DNA from: Balanoglossus misakiensis
Lineage: Eukaryota; Animalia; Hemichordata
NCBI GenBank assembly: GCA_040954595.2
Contig: CM082577.2
Location: 8,209,846-8,273,845 of the forward strand
Length of the DNA stretch: 64,000 bases
Reading direction: 5' to 3'
Of this stretch, positions 50,304-60,634 are shown one piece after another (position 1 is the first letter of the stretch; every line of letters begins with the position of its first letter). The notes beneath the pieces are model-generated. The model searched no databases. It was given only the letters and a program-made list of their open reading frames with translations, and had not been told where the DNA came from. The translations under genes and the position numbers were made by a program.

Positions 50304-51149
50304 TTACGGTTTAAGGTTTTGACAGTGTTACCTCTTGGTGGCGCTGTAACATAGGACTCCACAATACGAGAAACAGAGTTCGGAGGTCAAATGAGGTCAC
50401 TTCTCGGTTGTGCAATTTCGCACTGTTTCCGGGAAACGACACAATGATACCGCAACATAGCTAGTCGTACTTATTCTCGTCGGGTGTACAGCACCGCCAT
50501 ACTTGTCTGGACATTAGGGGCCCAATTTGCCCAAGTGTCGGATCATCGACGTATTGCCGTTGGACTGAGCTTTCGTGAACCAAGTAAGATATTCCACTTC
50601 CGCATTCATGCCTTGCTATTTGTGTTTACTTCCCAGATAGATCTTGTCGGCGCCGCAATCGTGGTCGACGTCGGTAGAGTCTGGCCATGGTTCATGGCAT
50701 GGGTTAACCGCCTCTAAAATGCAACGAAGCCATGGCCGCGCACTCCCAACACACAGGCTCTTGCCTACGGTGGATCAGAGAAGGGCCACTTAGCACACCC
50801 TCTGCACCACTCGCGTTTGATTTATTTTTGTGTGTTTACATGTTGAGATCGCCGTATTAAATATAAGGCTTACAGCGAGTTTATCTCCATGGGTAAACAT
50901 AAAAGTTTTAGAAAGCGAGCGGTTCGGACGTTAGGACAAGTTAATCGCATCATATTTGGAGTCGGTTAGGAGGCAGAAGTAGACAGGGAAAGGATTTTGC
51001 TTCGATAAAATCGAATTTCGGCCGAAAAAGCTGCGGTCCGAATCCGGACCGCAGAAGCACCAGTTTTTTCTATGGCGCCTTGCAGGGCTGTGGTGGAGGC
51101 CGTGTAACGCCGGGAACACATAGACCTGTACGCAGAGCTAACCCTCTGC

Positions 51150-51235
51150 TAGCTCTGCGTGGCAGGGCTGTGTTGTTACGGCGAGCCGTGGGTGGAGGGC
51201 TCGCCGGAACAACACAGCCCTGCCACGCAGAGCTA
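51150..51235. mobile_element. 86-bp hairpin element, TAG...CTA termini, 9-bp TSD
   Basis: ACCCTCTGC|TAGCTCTGCGTGGCAGGGCTGTGTTGTT..AACAACACAGCCCTGCCACGCAGAGCTA|ACCCTCTGC. Confidence 0.85.
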
Positions 51236-51596
51236 ACCCTCTGCATGCCCTGCTCGCCAGCTATCACAGATCGTGGACGTACCGCAGAGACATAGACACA
51301 GCCTGTTCGAAAAATAACCGCGGCAGTGAGTTCTAGAGGCTAGGAAATCGATTGAGTTTTCAGCCCCGTGGAAATATATGTACTGTAGTGTGATACCACA
51401 AACATTTTAGTGTAGTTTCACTTTCGTTTTAACAATGGGACAAACCACCCGGAAATGCATGAGCACTGATCAAGTTGAACAAGAGCATGAGCTCTTTCAC
51501 TAAGAATTGTTAATGCACAAAAGTGATGTGAAATTGTTTTTGTTTGTTTTTCTTCCTGGCAGTCTGATTAATATCGTTTCGTGAACCTCAGTAGTG

Positions 51597-52494
51597 ATGA
51601 GTGAAGTGCCACCGACTTCTTCCCAAACGGAAGAGACTCCTGGTTCAGTACCACCGACTTCTTCCCAACCGGAAGAGACTCCTGGTTCAGGATCAGCATC
51701 AGCTGAAGATGCCACTGAAGAGTATCCGGTCAAATTCACGGTAAATGCCAGAGTCGGTGTCTTATGACACAAAGTATAAATAGAGAGAGGATACAAAGGC
51801 GGATTTCATGCTACACACTGGAAATAGTTTATGATTTAACCCTTTTCACCACTATGGTTCAGTCCAAACTCATTGGTTTGTAGGGTAAGGTTGGACCTCT
51901 AGGAAAAACTGGGGGTGAAAGGGTTAGATTGGATAAACAATGCTATCACTTTGTCACCAAATGTTTTAGACTATACACGTACATCATAAATTACATCATA
52001 TTGCAGTTACCAGCGAAAGGCATCCATACCTGTTTTCATTCCAGTTTCCGTGTGCGGAAATCAACAAACGGTCCGTGGGGAAGTTTATTTTGAAGTGCTG
52101 CGGGAATGAAGGGGTCGCTGACGAGCAAGACAACCGTTTGAGACGCTTGCTGCAAGGCGCCATCACCCATCTGGAGAAGGAGGAGAAGGACGACGTTTGG
52201 ACGAACGCGGAACTCACCATATACGACAAATTCGCAGACTGTTACATCATGAGAGCCGGGCAGGGAGAATACAAGTTTCTGGTCCACCTGGACGGCAGAG
52301 ATGAGATCGAAGTCATTAGCACAGAGAGACCCAGCCAATTCAAAAAGAAATTGGCTGGATTGTTCAGTTATGTAAGCTCATTTAGGCCTAAATGGTTCAG
52401 CAAGAGTGATAGTGGTGGTGGTGGTGCTGCTGCTGCTGATGGTCCAGAGGAAGCAAGTAAGGAAAGCGAACCCAAGCCTGCAGGAAAACTGTGA
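51597..52494 (+). CDS. Uncharacterised ~197-aa protein, two coding exons (51597-51740, 52045-52494)
   Basis: Acceptor ttttcttcctggcag at 51562, ATG at 51597, donor ACG|gtaaat at 51740, acceptor tgttttcattccag at 52044 in phase 0 with ORF 52075-52494; AATAAA at ~52834. No recognised domain. Confidence 0.7.
51840..51923. mobile_element. piggyBac-like miniature element, inverted copy
   Basis: TTAA|CCCTTTTCACC...GGTGAAAGGG|TTAG; reverse-complement homolog of 16530-16616; lies in the orphan gene's intron. Confidence 0.75.
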
Positions 52495-53809
52495 CATTGA
52501 ACTTTGAAGCAGATCAGAGAGAGAGGAACACACACACAGGCTTTATACCGAAAACAGAACACCGCTCCAAGATGGAAAAAGAATGTGACATACATCAAAG
52601 ATTAACTCAGACTACAGCCATGCTCTTATTGGTTATTGCTATCTATGAAGTTAATTTTCCATATATATATTTTTTGAAGATCGGTGAATTTTAGATAATG
52701 ATAAACTTGGTAATTCAAATCAAATTTGTGTGTGTGTGTGTGTGTGATGCATGAATTACTAGAATTTTATTTTTTGAATGTTTTTTGGTGGCATGACGCT
52801 TTCATTCTTGTGCTGTGTGCAAAATGAGCTATAAATAAACAAATGGAATTTTATCAAATGAATTCACGTGTTTTACAACCATTGGTGATTTGTAACATAT
52901 TAGCTGCAACTGCACGAAACAAATGCACAATGTATATAATACATGTTAAAATTAAGAGAAAGTCTTTAAATGTGAAAAATTTCTGTGTCACCATCGAATT
53001 ATGCTCATAATGATAAAATCATGTAAAATCAAGTTTTCCTACAACATCAATTCTAACCACTACCACGTACACAAAATTTGCGATTTTGTGAAAAATGAAG
53101 AAATTCTAGTTCGCCTTCAATAGAAACGAGCAGATATCGAGATACAATTATGATCACTTAACAATTCCATCATTAAACACCATAGAATAATTTTTACATA
53201 AATGTTGATATTCTTACAGTACAGTACATGTATTATAGAAACAGACTTGTCAGGAGAGGACAGGAAGAAAACAAAAGAATCGTTTAGATTTGCCATAGAG
53301 GGCTCTTGTAAATTTACAGATAAAATTCTCTAAACTTCATACATGTATACGGGTAAACGTCTCAGATATCAATAATATATACAGATAGAGTACTGGCAGT
53401 AAATACAGTAATAAAAAGCACAATTTGTTAATTGCGACAATCAGTGAAAAGCATGAAAATTTTATAAACTAGACAACAATTTTAAATTTGCACGATCCAG
53501 ACTTACATTATATACTTTTTTTATCTTATTTAGGACTTTCGGTGGTGAAATCGAAGGCTTGGTCGAAGGGTTAACCGTACTAAAGCTACAGGTTGCATCC
53601 AAACCTAAGTTTTGCAAATAAGATACTTTTTTTCACTTTTATGTATGTAGAAACAATAACAGGGATATTCGTGCAACCTCCAGCCAACAAACGACTTACA
53701 GTATTATTATTTTTTTAAATAGCAGATAAACATCTCACGATATTTATGATAAACTGGTCAGCTATTATCTGCCTTCGTCAGTTGTACCGGGCTGAGCCAT
53801 CGCAAAAAG

Positions 53810-56800
53810 TTAAGCTTTCGCGAAATTCAACGACATAGGTACGCTGTCCTGTTCTGATACTATCCTGTTGGTTGTTCCCGTCTTGCAAGAGGACGATGAA
53901 GAACTCCCGCGTGATATGCTGGTACCGCTCACCACACTGCTCCAATGACGTCTGACGTCAACATTGCGTGCGCAGTGAAATAAGAAGATGTAGAAACCTT
54001 GAAACGCTATGCAGGTGACGAACAGACACTGAAAAAATAACAAGATATAAACAGCCAAGTGGGCGTTAAAGTTTTCCTAAATGACCTCCTGGTGATCTCG
54101 AGAGATTCCGCCGGGGAAGGACTTATCACCAACCAGGCCGATGATATTTATCGCTCAGTGACATCATGCTATCCATCAGTATCATCTCCCGTGGACGGTG
54201 ACACGCCCCAAGGCTAGCCCTGCGTACAGGTATGTGTGTTCCCGGCGTTACACGGCAACGATTTCAGTAACGCCGGGAACACACATACCTGTACCGACCT
54301 GTACGCAGGGCTAGCCCCAAGGCTTGTTTCAAACAAGGGACAGCGACTGTGGTGAGTCTATCACCCTCTTCTCCGCGGGAACAACTCATCTATCCGGTGA
54401 AAACTGAAGCTCACTCACCTGAAAGACGACCTGCATCACTTGCAGGTCACTGCCCACGTTGTTGTAGTTGATGACGGCAAACCCGCTGAACACCCAAGCC
54501 AGGCCCAGCAGGACTAACATTGCAACCGCGCCGCGTAGCTGTTCCATTGTGTTTGAATGGTTAGATCGACCCGTGCCTGAAACAAATTCAGAATCCATTC
54601 ACAATTGGACATGAGCCAGAGAAAGATTGTAAGGAAGATGATTGCTTTAAACTGTCTCCAGTGGTTATCGTTTTCACGAGACTGTGAAGAAAATTTCCCC
54701 GTTGTCTACACAATCAGCGTCAATGTTTCCCCCGATGTCGATGTAAATATGATCAGAATGTTATGCACATCATGTTTGGGACAACTAAACACGCACAACA
54801 AGCAGAGAAATTCTTCGCTTGGTTTTTATTATACAGATTTTTGGTCATCTAGATTGCTGGTTGCATTTGTTGGTACAGTCAACCGTAGTTGTTGCCACCC
54901 CGGGGGTGCTGTCCCTATCAGTGGATCGTGGTTCTACTACAGTCAGTTGTATACGAAACAGAAACAAAATTATCGTCTTACCTGGTTTTGTCTGTCTTCT
55001 CAGAATATTAACGACCATGGCAAATACAATAGTATTACACAGTACAATGAGGCTCATGGGAAGAAGCAGGACGAAATACAGCGTGTTGGCCGGCAGCTGA
55101 CATCTGTAGATCAAAACGTCAATCTGATTCAAATCAGATGTAGGGAACGGCGACGTGGTTTTTTATGCACAAAAAACACGTCGCCGTTCCCTACATCTGA
55201 TTTTAATTAGATTGATCAAAACGTATGCGATACAGTGTATCAAGAAAATCGCTTCAAAATAAATTGTAATCGCGGAAACTACATGATTACATGTATCATA
55301 GGACATCGTAAACTTGTCCGGGTATTATAAGCCAAGAGCAGTCGCAAACAGGACACAGACAACCGAATGCAATTCTTTACAGACAGAGGTAAATCAAGAC
55401 TTTATCAAATTCAACAGCGAGTTTCATCGAGGGTCTGTGGATGAACTAACTTACAGGAACGCACAGCGAGCTTCCGCAGAATGAAAACCATCGTACGATG
55501 TGACGTCAAAGAATAATGGGAAAACGACTATGACGGCGGGAACACCTGGAAAATTAATGAAATCGTTGTCATCTGAAATGTTTCTGGTAGTAGATAGTGT
55601 CTCACTTCCTTGCAGTTCCACAAACCGCTTCATATGAGATGACAAGTCGCATTGTAGTCATAGTAACTTGACAAAACCCGCAAAAAAACAAATACTTACT
55701 CCAGGCGATTATTCCGCATTTGAGTACAAAGTGAGAGATGTAAGCGGTAAATACTTGAATCAGTGACAAATACATGTTCAATCCTTCCACTCCATTCCAC
55801 ATCAAAGACACGAGAATCAGATAGACTCTCAGAATGTTGGCAACTCGGCAGCCATCTTGGATTTTCGCAAATGGCGCCAGTGCCAGGAACGACACCATTT
55901 GAAACAACAAAGCGACGCAGAGATTCAGTAGAATTAATGTCGGTCGTCCCCTCCGAAGGTTCCTGTCAATACAGAAATATGAACTATTTATTAGTTAACA
56001 CGATGAACTGCATTTGATGGTACAAATGACCTCTTGACCTTCCTTTAAGTGTAAGCACCGCGATTTATAAGAGAAACGTACATAGGTTTTTAATTTCTAT
56101 TTGCGGTAGTCGATTGGAGCAGTACCATTTCACGATCAGTAATGTTGTGTGACAATGACGGCGGCTGTTCTATTCCCAGGGTACTTGAAGTTCAATAGCA
56201 AAAATGGGTGGAGGTTTGTGTCATGGTCATTTCCTGATAAAAAATAAAATTTTACTACTTGTTTACAGAACGGAAAATCACGGACGGATATTTTAAGGTG
56301 GGGGACGATCTACAATTGACCCTATTATACATTTTAGACAAGAATGGTCGTGAATATTCCGCCATGACAAAGATTACCTCTGTGGGGAAAATACTCACTT
56401 GAAAGCAAGATATGTGCCGAGTGTCACCACGAGTCCGAGTATGGACACACAAAATCCTATGATACTGTAGATGGACAGCGCCTCCACTTGTTGAAATCCC
56501 TGGAATAAAGATTATTGAAACCTGATCAAAAATTAATGTGAGTATATGTTCCCAAAGTAAAAGGTTTATTTTTCCACTGGCTAGAGTATTGAATGTGAGA
56601 TTTGAGTTGTTTCTGTCAGTTGATCAGGAACTGTTCCGAGATTTGAGTTACCGCAGATCCGAACAATGAACTGGATCTTGGTTACGTGTACTCATGTATT
56701 CCTGGCCGGAAAGAGTTTATCATGATATCGCCTTATGAAATCAATTTGGGTTGATGTATGATTTGCTTATGAGTTAAATCAATGTCTGAATCATAACAGA

Positions 56801-59800
56801 ATATCAAAATAATTTAAAATGTTAAATATGCGTGAATGAGTTCAAAACTTCGACTGTCGGGACAGAATTCTATCACCTTTCCAAAGTTGCGAACTTTTCT
56901 CCCTTAATGAAATTTATGTGATGTCCCCCCCCCCCTCACTAGCAAGAAGTAAAAAGAAAATTACAGAGAATTCTCTGGGTGAATAAAAGAGAACGCCCGG
57001 AGATATCTGTCAGTCGCTGTCATCACAACTTGTGTTCTTTTACGTAAAATCTTTTATAGCTGAAAGGAATAACTCACCATGAATGTAAAATCTGCCTCAA
57101 AGTCCACTCCTACATTCTGTAATGGAAAGTAAAAAATACCCAAATCAGAAGGGTGTACGACTTTTTGACGTCAATATTAGACTGTAAATTGCAAATTTTA
57201 CAGAATTTAATGAACGTCTTTTCAATAGCACAGCATGGCCTCAGCTTTTTCCTACTTGTCCCCTTTGATTGATTGACACATAAATTACATGCACGAAATA
57301 TTAAATGGAGATTTTATTGAATAAAACACTATTATCTGACAAACGGGATATTTGAGATGAACTGAGACCCGACATTGGTGAAAACACTTCAACATCGAGT
57401 AAAGGTCGATTAAAAGCCAAGACTGGCAACAGTAATAGCCCGATAAACAGGAACTGCGAATACAATACTACCGGTAGTAAGGACGGAAACTATACCGTTT
57501 AACCATAATTTTTCAATCTTGATTTTTTTCAAGTCCTCGTCTATTATTTATATAGCCATAATATTAGAAATCTTCTTTCGGGTTTCTTATAAGCATTGAT
57601 GTACAAATGAAATAAAATTGATAGAAATAGTATAATTAAATTATATTTCGAGTTCTTTACTTTGACAAAGAAATTGAAAATTTGATTAGAATCGATGCAA
57701 TTAAAGATGTCTAAACGTTTTGTCGGCTTTTCATAAGTTAACAAAATTTCAACACAAGCCTCCTTATCTACTCTCTTAACATTCAGTTCTCCACATCTCA
57801 GACTCGATGAACCCAGCTTAAAGAATTCTCAACGTAGAATCAAACCATAAACTTACGTCCGCATATTCCAAATCCTCACTCAGTATGTAGTAATTACCAA
57901 GGACATTACACAAGCATGTTGTAGATGTTTCGCTTATGTTCGCGGCAAAACAACCGCCACCAGTCTCTGTTGACGATGAAACTATTATTAGACCATTTGT
58001 CTGTTACTAGTATCACGTGACACGATTGGAACTTTTGATGTGATCATATGAATGAATATAGTTGCCACGTGAACGAGGTTGTCAACACTGACCAAATGGG
58101 TTTTCAGTAGAGATCACAGATTTTATATCTTTTAACTCGATAATGACGTTATCAGTTTTATACGAGAAAATAATTGTGGCAATAGCGTTCTCGTTCCGAT
58201 CAATTTGTGGCCCATTCTCGCTCTCAAATACTGTTGCTATAGGATCGTAAGACAAAACTGCGGCGAAACCTTAGAAAACTTATGTTACTTCAATAGAATC
58301 TCACCTGCGATTTGACTTTGCGAATCAATCGGATCAACGCCACACATTATGCTGTCCAAATCATCCTGAATAGAAAGAAAATCGACGACTGTTAGAGGCT
58401 TCATTATTTTACAACATTCCTAAATTACAATTTACACAACAGAATATAATGTTTTTTGCAAAAAAAATTTCCAAAGTTTTTTTCTGAGATTATTTTATAT
58501 TTTTGTCTATGGGGAAACATTCAAAAATGGTTTCGGTAAGAAATTAGAGTGTGTTTTTTTTCTTCTTCTATATTGACCTACAGCTCAATCCATTCACCCC
58601 GGGTATCTCAGAGGGGTGTTGTTGATAAAAAACGCTCGATCGATCTGTGAATTCGACTGCTCAAAGCGCAAGTTCAGTGTAGTAAAATCACCTACCATAG
58701 CACTGGGTTCTCTGTCGAATGTCACTTCGATTGATTCCGAGAGCTCAGTTACAGCCTTTCCGTCAATTTGAATTGAAGAAAAGGCAACGACGCTGGATAC
58801 CGCGTTACCCGAGAAATCCGTTCCGTTATCATCCGACACAATAGGTTGTACAGCGAACAAACTATTGGCTAGGTACACTATGAAAACGACGCGATCTTCA
58901 ATTGCTGGGAAAACATAATTGGAATTCGTGTATTTAATATGGAATGATCACCTGCACTCAAATACATACATATATTTGTGTATACTATTACTCCATTAAT
59001 TCATAGACTTACCTTCCAAATTGGTTCGAAATGATTTCGGCTGCGGAATAGGTATTGAAAACATCACCCTCTCACTTTCTTTGGACGCACGACTAACGAA
59101 CTCATGACGATTATCAAGTTCTTTGCCGAGTCCGGGTTCCCTTGACAACGTCAACCGATTCACGTTGACTTGAATATTATCAGTTGTCACATTGAAACTG
59201 GTTTGGTCAACAAGGAATCTTATTCTTTCCATGTACTGCTGCAATGTTGAGGTTATTCTGTGAGAGAAATATATATTATGTTCAAACGCTGTGTAGGGCC
59301 TAGATGATAATGGTAATTATGAAGTTGTGCTTTCAGAATGGTAGTCTTGTATTGGTTTGTAGTTGCATTTTCAGAAATTTGTAAACAGGCCTATATCGAT
59401 GAGGTGTACATCTCGGTGAGTATAAGTTTGGAGACACTTTGTACGTCATCGTGGTTTTTTTTTTTGCGCCTTTCGGCAATATTTCCGGCGTTGGAGAAGG
59501 TAGACGTCGATGACGTCATCACTTACCTATGGCACGACTCCGCCGCAATTTCCAAGACGTCGATCTCCACTTCGGAGATCAGACTGACTGTTTGCACCAT
59601 CTCTTCTCCAATGTCCTGCGTGGCAGTGGCGGGAAAGCTTGCCATTTCTCCAAGGGTCATTTCGAAGACATCGGCGCAGACTTCAATGTCCACCTCGGTC
59701 ACTGATTGCGTCTCGCCCATCAGTCTTCGCATTTCGCCGATCGTGCGCAGAGCGGTGTCGTGGTTCTTTTTTGAATATGCATCTCGCTGCCAAAGGTAAA

Positions 59801-60634
59801 AAAAAACGATTCAACGAGAGTCGGCTATATTATTTTTACCGCAGAAAATCTCGGACCATTGGCGAGACTTTGTCATATTTTGCATAATAACAGGACATCC
59901 AAAGTGCGTGGATTCATAGACCCTAGAGTAAGAGATTCACATGGGAGAATGTCAATAACATACGTGCATGTACTCAAACCATCAAACAAATTGTTTTTTT
60001 TTTCATCAGTGCCAGTTTAAATATTTGACATCTGTTGATTCCGTCACGTTTTGTGTAGCCTCGTGAATCAGAGTTGCTCTGGGTGCCTATAAGTCGTTTA
60101 ACACTCACTGCAGTCGGCAGAGAGAATCGGACGAACTGGGTCCGGCGGCGTTGTTTGAAACTGTCAAAAGTCTAGAAAACGATGGAGAACTCGCGAGATT
60201 TTGAAGGAACACGGCATTTCTACGGCCTACTGTTTGGGTGCGTCCTGTCGTGACACTACTGCTGACTTACTAGTAACCGTTGCTGGTCCACCTTTCAGTG
60301 CCTTTCGGCATATTTTAAATACAATGTACTCTCTGGTTTAAAAAACAATAACGTGCAAAGACACCAAAATTGCCTTCTTACCAAATCTTCCTTGAATTCA
60401 AACATCAGACGTGTGATTTGCGACTCCCAGTTGCACGCTTCTGTGAAAGGTCGGTCCCAATCGGAAAAGTAGTTCCCGCCTGCGCGTGTAAGCAGGCAGC
60501 TCCTGTGGGCAACGTCACCAGACGACAGAATACCTCCATGAGGACACGCAATCGTTGCGTTGTCGCCCGCCTGTGTCAATGGCCATTGAAACGTCCCTTT
60601 CAAGTCGACAGTTACCATTTCAGAGCAAACGTCT
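53810..60634 (-). CDS. Adhesion GPCR (HRM, GAIN, 7TM; ADGRG-like), spliced, 5' end unresolved
   Basis: HRM exon ~60634-60382 (C..GTFQWPLT.AG..A.IACP..AHRSC..W....C). GAIN exons ~59787-59527, ~59257-59012, ~58901-58693 (VSSVVAFSSI..VTELSESIEVTF), ~58346-58285, 57966-57857 (GC..TTCLCN). Micro-exon 57116-57078. 7TM exons 56499-56399 (LSIYSIIGFCVSILGLVVTL), ~55962-55701 (ILLNLCVAL..C..YL.LVSLMWNGVEG.NMY..L), ~55545-55475, 55103-54981, ~54577-54419 (LVLLGLAWVF), ~54028-53810 (FQGFYIFLFHC). No signal-peptide exon was identified. Confidence 0.92.
54215..54313. mobile_element. 99-bp hairpin element, TAG...CTA termini, 10-bp TSD
   Basis: GCCCCAAGGC|TAGCCCTGCGTACAGGTATGTGTGTTCCCGGCGTTAC..GTAACGCCGGGAACACACATACCTGTAC..CGCAGGGCTA|GCCCCAAGGC, in the last aGPCR intron. 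Confidence 0.85.
55120..55214. mobile_element. 95-bp hairpin element, CA...TG termini, 10-bp TSD
   Basis: ATCAAAACGT|CAATCTGATTCAAATCAGATGTAGGGAACGGCGACGTG..CACGTCGCCGTTCCCTACATCTGATTTTAATTAGATTG|ATCAAAACGT. Confidence 0.85.

Noticed and set aside
54605-55210. 201-aa plus-strand ORF
   Set aside because: Runs antisense across an aGPCR intron, exon and hairpin element; no protein-like features.
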